Shown here in pieces: positions 48,701 through 62,466 of a stretch of 64,000 bases of DNA. This stretch comes from Lingula anatina (lineage: Eukaryota; Animalia; Brachiopoda), in assembly GCA_051362555.1 (NCBI GenBank), contig CM120644.1, positions 23,706,534 to 23,770,533 of the forward strand, written 5' to 3'. Each line of letters starts with the position of its first letter. Within the stretch, counting starts at the first letter, position 1. The notes beneath the pieces were generated by a model, which was not told the origin of the DNA, ran no database searches, and saw nothing but the letters and a program-made list of their open reading frames with translations. The position numbers and the translations under genes are program-made.

Positions 48701-50876
48701 CGAAGAGAATGCAACGCACGGCGAAAGTAGTGCCCTTTGCGTCAGTTTTGCTTCACACTCGCCTCACACGTTTGTGGTGTCGTACTGACGGCGTACTAAA
48801 TTGAACAAAAAATTAAAAATCTTGAAAAATTGTACACGTTACACAGTCGACGTTCATTGTAAAGACACCATGCTGCATACACCAGGAGTGGCAGTGGCGC
48901 ACGTGTGACTCGACTTTGTTCGTTAGTTCTGAGGGCGTGCGCCTTACTCAACACACAAAGGGCACCTGGTCCTTCATTGCTTGCGACGTGCTTCTTCCAC
49001 AACGCGGAACTCCGTGCGAGGGGAGCAAGTTACGCTTGCGGCCTCGCTGTTAGCAGGCTATTCGTAGAATCTTTTGGACACGTCCAACATCCTCAGTTCG
49101 TCCTTACGGGCTGTCTGCGAACTCGCAATTACGTAAGAAGTACTTGCGTGGGACGTGAGATTCTGCTCAAAATTTGGACGCAAATAGCCCGTAAGAGCCC
49201 GTTAGGCCGGTTGTGACCGAGGCTTTATCATTCGCCAAGTAAATTCATTAATTTTTTAACCTGCCTCTATGTCTCTACACCTTGTGTACCTTTATGCCTC
49301 ATTTGCATACACGACCTTGACCTCGACGTTCCTTTTAGGAAATGTCTGTTTTTAAGCTGTCAGGAGCAAGCCTTCTGTTTTTTTTTATCCACCTTTTCTC
49401 CAACCAGCGTCAGGAACTGGCCTCGGTTTCAGTTGCCTTGACAGGATTTTGTCGACGGAGACGTGTCATTGTTCATTTCTTTTTTCTTTCTTTCTTCATG
49501 TTCTGCTAATCTATTTGTTTATATTTGGAAGTTTAATTAATTAATGTAATAATTTAATATTTAATATAATTAATTAATTAATTAATTGATTAATTAATTA
49601 AGACAGCCTTGTGAAACCTGGCCAATATTTATGCAGAACTAGGAAAACGTTGCTAGTCTAATCTAGAACAATCAATTTCTATTGGATAAAAACCAACTTT
49701 GAAATATACGCCAATTGCAATTTGGTATTTTTAACAAGTGTGAGGGGTTTAATAAAGATTTCTTTCAACTCTGATCCATTCACTTTATGTAGATGTAAAC
49801 GGTTGTCTTTCTGTTTTTTTTTTTTTTTTTTTTTGTCATTTACAGATTTATAAATATCTATATAGTGTTTTATTATTGTCTTTAAATTATGGAGCCATTT
49901 CAAATAAGATACCATATAAGAAACAATAATTCAAATCAATTGCCAAATACATTACAAAGTAATTATATTCGTCTTTTTGCGTGTCTAAAGGTTTCAATCA
50001 ATTAATGCTTTAATGCTCATTTTGTAGCATGTTCTTCGTACGCGGTGTTGGACCAGTGGTGGAGAAACGTGAACTTCCCTTTAGCTGTAGATGATCCGGC
50101 CCACTGTGAAAGGGACGGATGGGTTACTCAGTGGTATCGGTTCTCGGGGGCAGCTGCGACCAAAATGCCAAACAGGGTAAGAATATCAGCAGGTTGTGTG
50201 AGTGTGTGTGTGTGTGATGGGGGGGGGGGGGGGGGGGGGGTGGTGTAACAATAAAATTGCTCATAAGAAGGAATATGCGGACTACAAGTATTATTCAATA
50301 GATTTCAGTAAAATTTAGTTTATTACCGGATGCATGATAATGCATTGCCAGGCTTAAAATACAACCGGCAAACTTTAATTCCTAAACGCATATGAGGTTT
50401 GGCTGTCAACAGTATTGTTTATTAAGAGACGCATTAGAGTAATTCGAGACCACCCCCTCTCTTGTCTATCCACAGCCCAGGACCCACAATGGGATTTTCC
50501 GCTGTTTTGATTCACAAAATTCAATTTGGCAATTTGATGACAAAAAATAACTATATGTACCTACAAAATTCTGAAATAGACAATTAAAAGATGGAATTAC
50601 TCATCAACCAAGTCGAACTTCGTTTATTATCCTCTCTGCTTTATCTTTATGTAGTGCTTGCGTGCATTTCAATGTGGAACCCACGCCCCAGTGTGGATAA
50701 ACGGCACTGACCCCTCACCAGAAGATGGCGGTGTCGACCGTCAAGCATGCGCAAGCTGGTCTGGTGATTGCTGCGAGTGGTCTATGAAGGTTCGAGTGCG
50801 CAACTGCGGGGGATTTTTCCTGTATTATCTACCACCAACTTATACATGTTTTCTTGCCTACTGTGGCGAATATTGA
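42746..50876 (+). CDS. Secreted PAN/apple + Thr-rich mucin stalk + UMOD/GP2/OIT3-type D8C domain protein, about 350 aa
   Basis: Exons 42746-43078, 44455-44803, 50028-50176, 50655-50876 (phases 0/1/0, 1053 nt). PAN pattern C..CVKDC..PACVSVAFD...CEMS. D8C motifs WYRF, CGTHAPVWING, AC.SW..CC, VRNCGGFFLYYL, AYC. Confidence 0.82.
44550..44772 (+). repeat. 21-bp coding minisatellite, about 10.5 copies, encoding TTD(V/E)M(P/S)I
   Basis: Tandem ACAACTGACGTGATGCCCATC variants inside exon 2. Confidence 0.95.
45698..48388. mobile_element. ISL2EU-like transposon relic (SAP + YqaJ exonuclease on +, THAP on -), TSD AT
   Basis: Termini AT|GGGGAATACC ... GGTATTCCTC|AT. SAP LTVNQLKRNL..G..TSG*K.EL.ER at 45803-45903; YqaJ WQITASRFGEII at about 46618-46655; THAP MPQYCCVPEC..GGHNF..LRLK*RVA from 48277 on the minus strand. 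Confidence 0.8.
48457..49224. mobile_element. Harbinger-type non-autonomous element (AGCCTCGGTCACAA TIR)
   Basis: 14-bp perfect TIR, flanks TAA/TTA, CpG-rich interior. Confidence 0.75.
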
Positions 50877-50970
50877 TATAAAACATATGCAGACATATGA
50901 GGACATTTCCATGTAAAACTGGCTCAAGACATTCCTATTAAATTTACTGGGTCTGCTTATCTGTATACAG

Positions 50971-51030
50971 TGAGTGCCTACTCGTCACTGTGGAAACCAC
51001 GCCCCTGTTTGGATAGACGGCAGCACAGGA
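50971..51030 (+). pseudogene. Remnant of a second D8C exon
   Basis: cag|TGA GTG CCT ACT CGT CAC TGT GGA AAC CAC GCC CCT GTT TGG ATA GAC GGC reads *VPTRHCGNHAPVWIDG, paralogous to CLRAFQCGTHAPVWING. Confidence 0.7.
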
Positions 51031-51315
51031 TTTAAACTACTGCGCATGCCCGAAAAGTACGCTGTTTGAAATAAACAATGGTGAAATTGACAAAGCTTCA
51101 TGGGTGTTTACCGTCTGGTTGATTTTATTCAATTTGATTTCTGGTGTTGTTTTGAAAAATTATATTGGAAATGTTCTGTTGATTGTATGTATTTAAAGTA
51201 AATTCATCGGGCTTTCCTTTGAGTAACATGTGTATTTTGCCTTTATCAGGGGCGGATTTATATACTCAAGAAAAAAATAAACGCAACACTCAGTTTTGGG
51301 AGTTTTTTGGGAGAA

Positions 51316-51401
<86 letters not shown>

Positions 51402-51669
51402 TTGAAAATTTTAACTTAAATGCCATACATTTATACCCTACATATATTTAGCCATGAAACATGTCCTACTGCTACACACATCCAGGCAAAAAGGGTGTAA
51501 CATGCTTAGGTGCAAAACATGCTAAAGAGCTAAATGCGTTGAAAAAATCAGACAAAGCAGGCACTTGGATGTTTTTACAGTGTAAAATTCGTACCTTTGT
51601 TTTGTTCCAAAAAATAAAAACATTTCAGGTCATTTTAATGTCTTTTCATGCAAGTATATTGTCCAACAA

Positions 51670-51918
51670 CTGGGGTTGATACATTGTTTTCTGACGTTGA
51701 TCTAATTTTCAAATCCAATGTTAATCCAACGTCTTGTCAACGTTGAAACAACATAATTTCCCGCTGGGTTGGGTTGATATAACATTGTTTTCTGACGTTG
51801 ATACAACGTTGTTATCTAAGGGTGACACAACTTTCAAACCCAAAGTTTATCCAATGTCTTCTCAACGTTATGGTTCAACGTTGTTTCAACGTTAAAACAA
51901 CATAATTTGCCCGCTGGG
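51670..51918 (-). mobile_element. Two tandem terminal fragments of the AACGTT-rich CCCAG element
   Basis: Reverse complement of the terminus at 38552-38680; cccgctggg ends near 51768 and 51918. Confidence 0.7.
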
Positions 51919-52179
51919 GTCTAGTGTCCCCATTATACATTATTGAGAAAGGTCTGACCTGCACTTGTGTTGATTACTAAAAGTTTTTATATGTTATGCA
52001 ATTTCATGCAATTAGAACTCATTAGTTTTTTAATTAGTTATTATAATTAGTTGACCGAAGAAAAAATCACATCATTCTTAATTAGATCTCATATTTTTAA
52101 CGGAATCCAGGCTCTGAAAGTGGGTACACTGATTTCTGATACTGTAGTACGCCGCAGGGTTGTGTACTGTCACCATGTT

Positions 52180-52570
52180 TGTACAGCTTGTCCACGTTTG
52201 AATGTGTTTCGTCCCATGGAAGCAATTGCATTGTGAAGTTTGTTGATGGCACCACTTTAATTGGTTTATCTAGCGATAATGACAAGATGTGGTATAAAAA
52301 CAACGTTAACTCAGTTGTGCAATGGTGTAAAGATAACGATCTGCATGTAGAAAAGACTACGGGAATGTTTGTTGACTTCAAAAACAATAGAAATGTAAAA
52401 GAGCCCATTCACATCAGTGGCACTGCATTAAAGCAAGTAACTGATTTTAGAATGCTGGGTGTCGAATTCAACAGCTTATTTACATGGAAGGACCACATAG
52501 ACAAACAGTTAAAAAAAAGGCAAGACAACATAAACGGGATATACATTTTAAGAAAGTGGAAGGATTTTTC
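52180..52570 (+). pseudogene. Degenerate LINE RT fragment (Rex1/Babar-like)
   Basis: IVKFVDGTTLIGL (degenerate KFADDTT), QWCKDNDL, KT..M.VDF, F..LGV. Confidence 0.7.
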
Positions 52571-52715
52571 AAGTTTTACAGGTGCGTTAATGAGAGTATT
52601 TTTACATTCGCGATTTCATTTTAACAACAACGAAAAAATTAGCATTTATATTGTAACCTTGAAACAATTTACCTCAATAGAAACAATAGCCATCCAATTT
52701 CTGTTATATGTTAAT

Positions 52716-52781
<66 letters not shown>

Positions 52782-52814
52782 AGACAAGGAATCGAACAAA
52801 TTAGTCTTTTCTCT

Positions 52815-53314
52815 CCATTTAATTTAAAATTTAACAAAGTCACAGTCACCTCAATCTGTCTATCTATAACAGGGTACCGAGAACTGTTAACTTTATTACG
52901 TTCATCCCATCACATTTACAGCAAAGTATTCATCCTAGTGTTAGCTGACCTTGCAAGGAATTCAGTTTATTGGAATGTATTTCTGAGTAACAAGTTAGGA
53001 AAATTCAGTAGTTCACTAAAGACACAAAACAACTGTCACTTTTACTTTTAAACCCTATTGTTATTGTGATAAATTTAGCTACAGTATTGATAAACAAAGT
53101 ATCACGTTTTCAATGATTAATATTTTAAATTACAATCAATAACTGCAAGGTTGTGTCAATGACCAAAATACAACGTTGAGTCAACGTCACATAATGACAG
53201 TGTTTTGACTTGGCTGGATCAACGTTGATTTTACGTTGAATTTAGGTAGATCAACGGCAATTCAACGCATCAACCTGTTTTCAACGTTGATCCAACGCGA
53301 CTATGCTTGCTGGG
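52815..53314 (+). mobile_element. Right half of the CCCAG element family of 38552-40267
   Basis: Aligns by eye to 39785-40267; ends tgcttgctggg. Confidence 0.75.
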
Positions 53315-55380
53315 ACGGTACTGCAAAAAAATGACATTTTTTATAAAGTTTACCAAAATATGTGTCTTTGTTTCCATTTGATAATGTGTCTCACTGTTGA
53401 AATGTTTTTCTTTGTAATAAACATGCTCACGCTTTCTGTTTATAACAGTTTATGAAAAAATGTCAAATTGTCGAAAATACTCCACTTCATTTTCACCACA
53501 ATGTCGTCCTTCAGACACAGTGCTTCTCAGCCGCCTGCGCCGTTGCAGTCACGGTATGGGTAAAGTGGACTTAGCAGAGGAATAACACCCTACATACTGT
53601 ATATCTTTGACGTGAAAGCAACTTCTGTAATTGGGTCTCATATCTTCAACCCATCGTGTACCATCGTAAGATACCATTTCTGCCATCGAATGTTCATGTT
53701 TTCCAATGCTCAGTAAAAATGCTTATTAAAAACGGAGCCAGCGACTGATTACATTGCGATGTGTTTTATCACAGATAAGGCGTACGTGTAACAATAATGA
53801 CACACTCAGAGTATATAAAATAGCATCACGATTATTTGTACATTAACTATCAAAGTTATGCAAATCAAGCTTTACAATTCCCGTCCAGACATTTAATTAG
53901 TTCACATTTTAACATTTTAACGTAAACCAAATTGTGAAGCCGTGTATACAATTCTTAGACTAGTTTTAACCACCTGTCAGTAACCGTGTACTATACTGTC
54001 TCTGAAACAGTTGCAATCCTCTGCCCAACTTTCATATGAAACAGTGCCATGAATGACGAGGTGTGTATATTAGCTTTAACATGTATCATTCTCTATATAA
54101 TAAAAGGTGCCAAAATTTGGCGTTGTAAATATGGCATTGCTCCTCGAAAGCTGCTCCAAGTACACGAATGTGTTAGCGGTGATTTAAACGAATTTATTAA
54201 AAAACGCAATTCTAGCCTAGGTGTGCGAAAAATATATAACATACAGAACAATTTCATGGGTGCGAGCATTCTCAATAATTAAATACAATTGAATTAGAAT
54301 AGTCTGTTTTAAAAGTCTTTTAATTTTGAGAACCAAGTGATTTTTTAACAATAATTACCCACCCGGATAAATTTGCTTATTCAAACTGCCGCATACTTTA
54401 ATAGAACATCGCGGTATCGGAGGCAAGAACAACGCAGAGTTGGCGTGGCGGTGCGAATTAACGCTGAACCTGTTCACCCTTTCTTCCAGGTACGAGAGAA
54501 TCTTATGGCTGGTTTCCCCACTTGCAACAGGTCATAAGCGATCGTCATGAAAAAGTCGTCATGAAAAAACTCCTTCCTTCCTTCATTGAACTTTGAACAT
54601 TAGTCTCCCACTGAGGTGTAACATGCACCACGTGAGAATATTCTATAAACAAGAGCTCTTGTAAACTTCACACTGTGCAAAACATCATTATCTACAATTT
54701 GTGAAATATGAAATCTTTTTTCCAAACGGATCTATGTTGACATTTTATTCGGTGTGATTTTGTTTGACTAATCAGTCGTCCATGGGTAGTTATTCTATGC
54801 ACGGTTGTAGCCGGCAAATCCGTTTAAATACGGAAACACTTGCAGCATATCTAGAGACTCCCTGAATTGCCTGCCCACAGCCCAGGCCCTTAAATAAGAT
54901 TTTTCATTGTGTTTATTGGTCATTGTTTCAAGCAACTACAAAATAATAATAAAAAAACAATTACCTGATCTTGTTGAAACTGAGCAAGTTGGAGGAAGCC
55001 GTGACTTCGTAATAGCTCACAAAATTCGATAAGATAACATCAAATAATTAAGAAATAAAAGAACATACTTTTCCAAAAAGAAGAGCAATTCCCTTACAAA
55101 TGTTCACTAGACTATAAAAAAATATATAAGAATTTAAAAAAAGTTGCCCATATCACAAAACATTTGAGTTTTATACATAAAGACACTTAACATGATCCTA
55201 ATGAAATCCATATGGTTCGTTCTAGACCAATAGTCCATCTGAAGATTCCGTCCAGTTTTGTGGTAATTAGTTGTGGGTACTGAATAAACTAAAAACATAT
55301 AATATATAATATAATACATTTTATAATTTAGCTTAAAGGGTCACCCAATGATGTTTTTCAACCCAAATGAATGGTCTTGA

Positions 55381-58168
55381 CCCAGACAGCCTCAGTGATT
55401 TGGCCCACGTCTGGCCCAGATCTTGCAACGTCTGGCAATGTCTGGCAAAAGGTATGGCCCACGTATGGCATGCCACATGTGGGCCAGATGTGGCAATGTT
55501 TGGGCCAGATCTGGCCCAGACATTGCCACATCTGGCCCAGTCCACATTTGCTCATGTGGCCAGATGTCGGCCCAGATCTGGCAATATCTGGCAAAGGTAT
55601 GGCATGCCAGATGTGGACCAGATGTGGGCCAGATCATATTCAAATGGGCCAGATTAGGGCCAGACATGGACCACATATGGCCCAGATTGTTTTTTTTTAA
55701 ATTATTTCACATTTGCTCATGTGGCCAGATGTCGGCCCAGATCTGGCAATATCTGGCAAAGGTATGGCATGCCGGATGTGGACCAGAAGTGGGCCAGATT
55801 AGGGCCGGACATGGACCACATATGGCCCAGATTGTTTTTTTTTTTCTTTTTTTTAATTATTTTTAATTATTCAATAAGATTACTATAAAAAAGACATACA
55901 AGATTCAAGATTCAAGTATTTATTCTGTGCTAAAACCCTAAACAAAATTATTACACATTATATAACCTTGCTGGCAACTAACATGTAACAAATTAAGGGC
56001 CACTCCTTGTCTTTTTGTACAAAACAATGTATGTTTGAAAAAAAAAAAACTACACTGCATAAAGGCAAATATACAGACACTTAACAGGAGGAAATGTCAC
56101 TTACATACATGTAAAGAAAACAGTTATAACAACATTTTTTTTTTCAACACAAAGCTGCTCATCGAATCTGAATTAACACAAATTACAAAAATTGTAATTA
56201 ATTATGCATGTACATGGGGGGGGGGGGGGAGGGGTCTGAGGGGGAAATATTTTTGCACACCTCAACCTAAATAATATTATACATTGTCATTTTTAAACTA
56301 ATTCAAACATATCATTAATAATAATAATCACTAATGAATATAGTTTTGTAATGAATAAATCTTGAATAATGAATGAAAAAACATTGTATTTTAGATGATG
56401 GAGAGTTATAACAAAATTATAAATAACCATGCAGTAACTGTTTCAATTCAACTTGCATGCTGGCTACAGTACTGTACATACATGTAAATTCTGAAAAAAA
56501 ATGTATACTCCAGCACAGATATAGATGTACAATTAAAAGAGAATTACATGTGCACAAAAACAAACCCCAGTATCAATGCTTTTGAATTAAATCACATCAC
56601 GAATCAAATCACTCAATGAATTGAACAATGCTTGCGCTTTTTTCAAATCCATAAGACTTAGAAATGATACATCCGGCTCCTTGACAAGCTTATAATTATT
56701 AAAGGAATCAACAATGGAACAAGTATCTCTACCAAGTTAACAACAGTTCATTCAAATGTCAAGTCAAAACACAACATCCCTTCCTTTCTTGGAGAGAAAC
56801 GGTCCTTTCAAAACATGTTAATTGATAGTTCAGTCTTTAAAATGTCTTTTCAAACATTTGCAGAATAGCATATGAACTCCAACTTTTATTCCTTAAACCA
56901 TACTGAAAATTCTCAAAACTAATCAACTCATATCAAAGCCCATGTCCTTTCACTACTACTGGTCTCTTCCTTTGCTTGCCTTTACGTCACATTCAAATGT
57001 TCCCTTCACTTTTAAAGGTTTCTCAGACGTTCAAAGCTGTCATTTACATGAATAATAGATTCAGTTTTGCAGACTTTTGCAAAGTGATCCAACGTTCCAT
57101 GTTTTCTCAGTCAGGGAGTTTCTACTTCGTTTTTCATGTCTAAACTCGTAATGTTTAGACTGGCTTGGTTTGTCAAATGACTTCGGTTTCATCATACTCA
57201 CAGTTTCTGGTGTTCCAATTTCATTCAAAGCGTTAACTGTCTTATGTATATTCATGTTTCTAACCTGTGTTTGGGAGAGTCTTGAAAATATCTTGTACAC
57301 CTGTCCCTGCTGAATACAACATAAGCGCGCGTCTCCTCTGTCATGTATTTTTAATTTTCTATCTTTGTTCATTATTCATGCCGTCCGTTGGTTTTGAAAA
57401 GATCAATCTTTTCCGTCAGCGAAGAGGTTAAAACTGTCTAACCATCGTGTCGAGCGTGACCCTAATGTCTCCGGAATTCTGTACGGTTCGAATTCCGTAA
57501 TTTCACATTTTTCCTCCATTTTTTCAAAGAAAGTTGGCTCACAGTTTTGCACTAGTGTTAATCCTCGTCGCCAGTGTTGATGCCTTTGAAATAAATCGCA
57601 TCACGAATCAAATCACTCAACGAATTGTATCAGTTTGATACGCTTGTGCTTTTTTCATATCCATAACTCTAAGAAACGCTACATCCGGGTCCTTGACCGG
57701 CTTAGCATAAAAAGCGGAATCTTACAACAACGGAACGAGTAGTTCAAAAAAGTTTTAGAACAGTGAATTCATTCAAATGTCAAGTCAAATTAAACAAATA
57801 GCACACTTATGAGGGGACTTTGACGAAAAGAGAGAGAGATAAATTAAATCAAAATTTATCAAATGACGTCAGTTCAATGCATTCGGCTCACTGGTCAATA
57901 AAAAATAAATAAATAGAAAATAAAAATTGAAAATGAAAGTACCATATCTGGCCCAAGTCTGGGCAGCATCTGGCAAAATGTGGCATAAATTCCAGACTTT
58001 GCCAGACTTGGCCCAGATCTGGCAAGTGTCTGGCAAAATGTGGCATAAATGCCAGACTTTACCAGACTTGGCCCAGATCTGGCAAGTGTCTGGCAAAATC
58101 TGGCCCAGACATTGCCAGACGTTGCCAGATCTGGGCCAGACGTGGGCCAGATTATGAGGCTGTCTGGG
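55381..58168. mobile_element. CCCAG..CTGGG non-autonomous DNA transposon (EnSpm/CMC-like), TSD GA, TGGCCCAGA subterminal repeats
   Basis: TIR CCCAGACAGCCTCA extending to about 60 bp, GA on both flanks, repeat blocks at 55395-55835 and 57945-58150. Confidence 0.85.
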
Positions 58169-60010
58169 GAGGTAAAGACCAATATTTTTCCAACTTCTTA
58201 ATTATATAACTCGAGCTCTGCCTTCAATTGTATTTGATGTTTTATTCCATTTTGAAATTAATACTCTAGTTTAAAATGATTGACTGGTCTAAGTAACGAC
58301 ATCTGTCGCCCCGTGCATTGCCTCGTTTTCGCAAAACAAAATGGCTGGGTGTTATGCAACTTGGCCCTCTAATACAGACGCATAAGCTGGCGATGGGTAC
58401 CCGATAAGGCTGAGTAGATATTAACGACGCTAGATACGCTTCAGATAAACATTTATCTAAATAGGTTTTATAGTGTTATGAGTCTGAATACGTAAATATA
58501 ATAAGCTTTGTAGGATATAAATATGACTGTGGGGGTACCTAAAATTCATTTTGGCGGGAAACCCCCATGGCTTGGTCTTCTGAAGTGAACATTCACGGGA
58601 TTTTGGTGTATAGACATGTCATTATTCCGTTTATACTAACCAATTTTATAACAATCGTCAGTTGAGTAATAAGATAATTGACTTCTCCGCAAATGTCAAG
58701 TATATCATTTGACATATATCTGTCGGGTTAGTTGTGGAGATGTGTGTGTGTGTGGGAGGGGGGGGGGTCGTTTGTGATATCGAAATAAACCATTCTGTCT
58801 TTTTTTTTCATCTTATATACAGATTTTTTAAGCAGACGGAGATCTGTGTCAACGAACGAACCTTGTTTTCATCATTATTTCCTTTTTTAATATATTTTAA
58901 CCTTTTCGAGACTAGTTGATACGAAAATTAAATTTGCTTTTTCTAGTACTAACCTGTGATGGTATATAAGGATATTGTCACATTTCGCACAAAACTCTTT
59001 ATTTACTGCCTTTACTACATTTTTGGATAATTAATAAATCTTCAGTGCTTAGTGAGTAAATTAATTACCATTTCGCATATGTTACCTCACGATTTTGCGA
59101 TTTTGTGGTCAAAAACTGAAAAATCTTTTTCTAAAATTTCTCTGTCAACGCCGATTTAATAACAATATTTAGCACTAGAAAACCCTGGCAGCAGTTTTTC
59201 TTAAAAGTCGTAGTTCAGATTTTATCGTTGATAAAGCAAAACAATGTCTTTGTTTAATGAAAATCTGTAATTAGGGCTCATAACTCCACAACAAAAACAA
59301 TCTTTTATACCTGCCAATTGTCGTGATAAAATCGTGTTCAGGGAGACAATTACGCCCCATACCGATTTCTATCTCACCTCAAAATAAAAATGTTTTAACT
59401 TGACGATTAAAGCTTATGCTTATAGGCATTGCAACGAAAAAATATATATGAAGTTGCAAAAGCTACCGATTTCGGACAAAAACTGCTTTCCTGTGATATA
59501 TTTCCATTTTGAATGCATTTCCCATACATTTTTTATTTGCACAAGACTATACCTACAGATTGCTTTTGTATTTGCTGAATAACCCTAACAGTTATTCGAG
59601 GTACATTTGATAAATTGCTGTGTGCTCTCCCACAGTCTGCTTTATGAAATATTCACAAGTTCCCCTCAAACGAAAAGACGAACACTTAACTTTTCCCTTG
59701 TTTTTGAACTGTTTACATGGTCGCTCACCCACTCAATTGCATTTGTTATGGAAACACATTTTAACATGAATATATTATATGAATATGCTATCGAGCATTT
59801 CTTCACGCCTCTCAGCACGAGTCATTATACCAAGAGACGAAAGCAACGTATTGGAAAGCGTTCTTATGGTTTCCAAGTTAATGTACGTTTGTTATGGGGT
59901 TTATGTATGTTACATCATAAAAAACACACTTTTTGTTGCCTCGTTGATGACGATGATGAAAAAGAATCATCACTGTATACCCCAGTATCTAACATGGCAC
60001 CTTCCAGTAA

Positions 60011-60233
60011 GGTTTCGTTCACATGAAAAATCTATTTTCTAAAAATCTATTTTCTATTCGCGTATCATGTGATCACTGTCTGTGCCCTGAATACCCCGCG
60101 GCGTAATTACTGGCAGCGCGAGCCAGTTACTTCCAAAGCTGTAATTAATTCTCGGCTGCGCTCGGAGTGATCACAAGATACCAAGGATAGAAAATAGATT
60201 TTTAGAAAATAGATTTTTCATGTGAACGGAGTC
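60011..60233. mobile_element. PIF/Harbinger MITE, TAA TSD
   Basis: Near-identical to 22299-22521. Empty site in the paralogue near 40298. Confidence 0.88.
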
Positions 60234-61451
60234 TAAGTCGTTTTTCTCAGCCAGCTGTTTCAGATGCATTCGATGTTTTCAATGAGATGTTTAACGTCAT
60301 TATTTCAAATTCATGCTCAAAAGCAAATATCAAGATTGCATCCCCAAATGGGGAAGACTCATATAGGGTGTTGTTTTGAACGGAAGGACAACATGACCTC
60401 AATTCGAAACTTACCTTTCTAAAAACCATTTTTGATCTTGAACATTGATAAAAAAATCATAGTAGTTTAATGGAATCTTTGCCAACTAATAAAGTATGAA
60501 AAACTTATCAGTAATCGTTGTTGGCCTATTCTCAACTATAAAACCGAAGTTAAAAGTAGCGAGTGGTTACCGTCCAAGGCCGTAAAGGAGGATCCCATGG
60601 GGGGGGGTGATCACAGTTTGAGAAATAAAAATAATCAATTCACAAATCACAGTAAATAAAACTTTTATTTATATCTCACTGATCATGCAAGTCGAAAATC
60701 CTGAAAATCACGAATCACCGGTTTCACAAAGGCGGGAATGGGCTGTCTCACCAATCAAGCTAAATAATATAAATGTTTCACTCATCTTGGAAAATAAAAA
60801 AGTGTCTATCAAGTGTAACAAAAAAGAAAAAATGGGACCCGTGTAAAGAGGAAAATAGAGCTTCATTTTCTTCGTAAGAAAGCAGAGGCCATTCGTAGAA
60901 ACGAACAAAGTCACACAATAAGAGAGACTGTTGACATGATTTGTGTGTTAATTTAATAATTGTGCCACTTTTTGTCAAAACTCATTTCAAGGTAAAATAA
61001 AACAGTCACGAAAGCTCATGTTATATTTACTATTCCATTTATTGTGATTGATCACTAGGAACTGCAATTTATCTCACTTTCACTTATCAAGTATGGGCCT
61101 CTGTTATTCTTATTATTGTTGGCAATCAATTATAGATTAAACTTGGCACAGTCAATTTACAACATGATTTGTTTATAAGGAATCAATATCACAGTGACGT
61201 GTTTGTGAATACGTTTTACGTCTTTTATTAAATTCTGACCCGTTGGTACCAATAGGGTGACCAAGGTTCATTGATATCTTGTGAAAGCTTAATTAATCAG
61301 TATAATATCAGTGGTGGACTTAGAGGGGTGTCAGGGGGGTCCTGACCCCTTCGATTTCTGAAAAAAAGTCACACCAATGGTCCCCTCTTGGAATTAGAAT
61401 TTTGACTAGCTGAACCATAGTTCTAAATAGTACCAAATGACATCGTTCACC

Positions 61452-61490
<39 letters not shown>

Positions 61491-62466
61491 GGGGCACTTC
61501 AGCGGGCTCCGAAACCCACGTCAAATAATCCCGAATATTGCTGCCATTCGCTGTCTGTACTGACAGACATTGGACTATTAAGTTATTTACCGACACTAGG
61601 AATACCCTTCAGCTAGACATGCAAGTCGTGAATACCCATTTGTAAATTAACATTTTATGATTATTTAGGTTTTTCACAAAATATCACTTTGCTTACTCGA
61701 ATTGATTTACCAACTAAAAAGCTAATAATGTTATTTAGATGAGTAATGACATACCAAAAACGTCATCAAACAGTATCTTGAAAATGCTCCTTTTTTATAA
61801 AGACCACAAAACAAACAAAAATAATAAAACACGGATCGATAATAGTAAATAAAACTGCAATCATTGAGATAATACAGTGTTACGCCGTTTTCTGTAAAGT
61901 TTTAAAAGGCAAAATCAATAATTTTAAAAATACATAATGATAGTTTTCAAAGAAGCTTCATCAGTCTTTAAAGTTCTCATAAAACGAGATTTTTCATCGA
62001 TCTGCTCTACAAACGGGGACGTGAAAAGAGACGCGTCGTGCGGAACCAACAGACAGGCTCAGTAATGCTGACAATTCTGGGAACAATTAATACTTCAGAT
62101 ACCAGAAAAGGGTGCAAAGATTTGCTTAGCGAGCACATGATTTATCGGCAGCCCTGAGAGAGAGTGGAAAGTCTCAGTTATCTACTCAGCTCATGCTGAC
62201 AAGGTAGATACGGACGCTCTTTCAAACCGCGCATGAGTAACTCTGTAGGTGGATGTTTTAAAGCGGCGACTGTCTCCTACCAGCTGTGATATCAGGCGTC
62301 GATGCTAAAGCAACCAGAGTCAATATTATTCAGAATTAGCAAAAGCATCTAGCCGATTGTTAAAACGTTGATTGTCTTTGCTTTAAAACTGACGTCACAG
62401 TGTAAAAGAAGTCCACAGAAAGTGCTACCTTTGCAAAATCCATGAAGAACTTACACAAAGAAGACC

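Noticed and set aside
49409-49462. Extra exon in the PAN-D8C gene after a good pyrimidine tract
   Set aside because: No donor that preserves phase with exon 3.
55333-55866. Cluster of overlapping W/P/G-rich ORFs (also 57869-58182)
   Set aside because: Stop-poor subterminal repeats of a DNA transposon.
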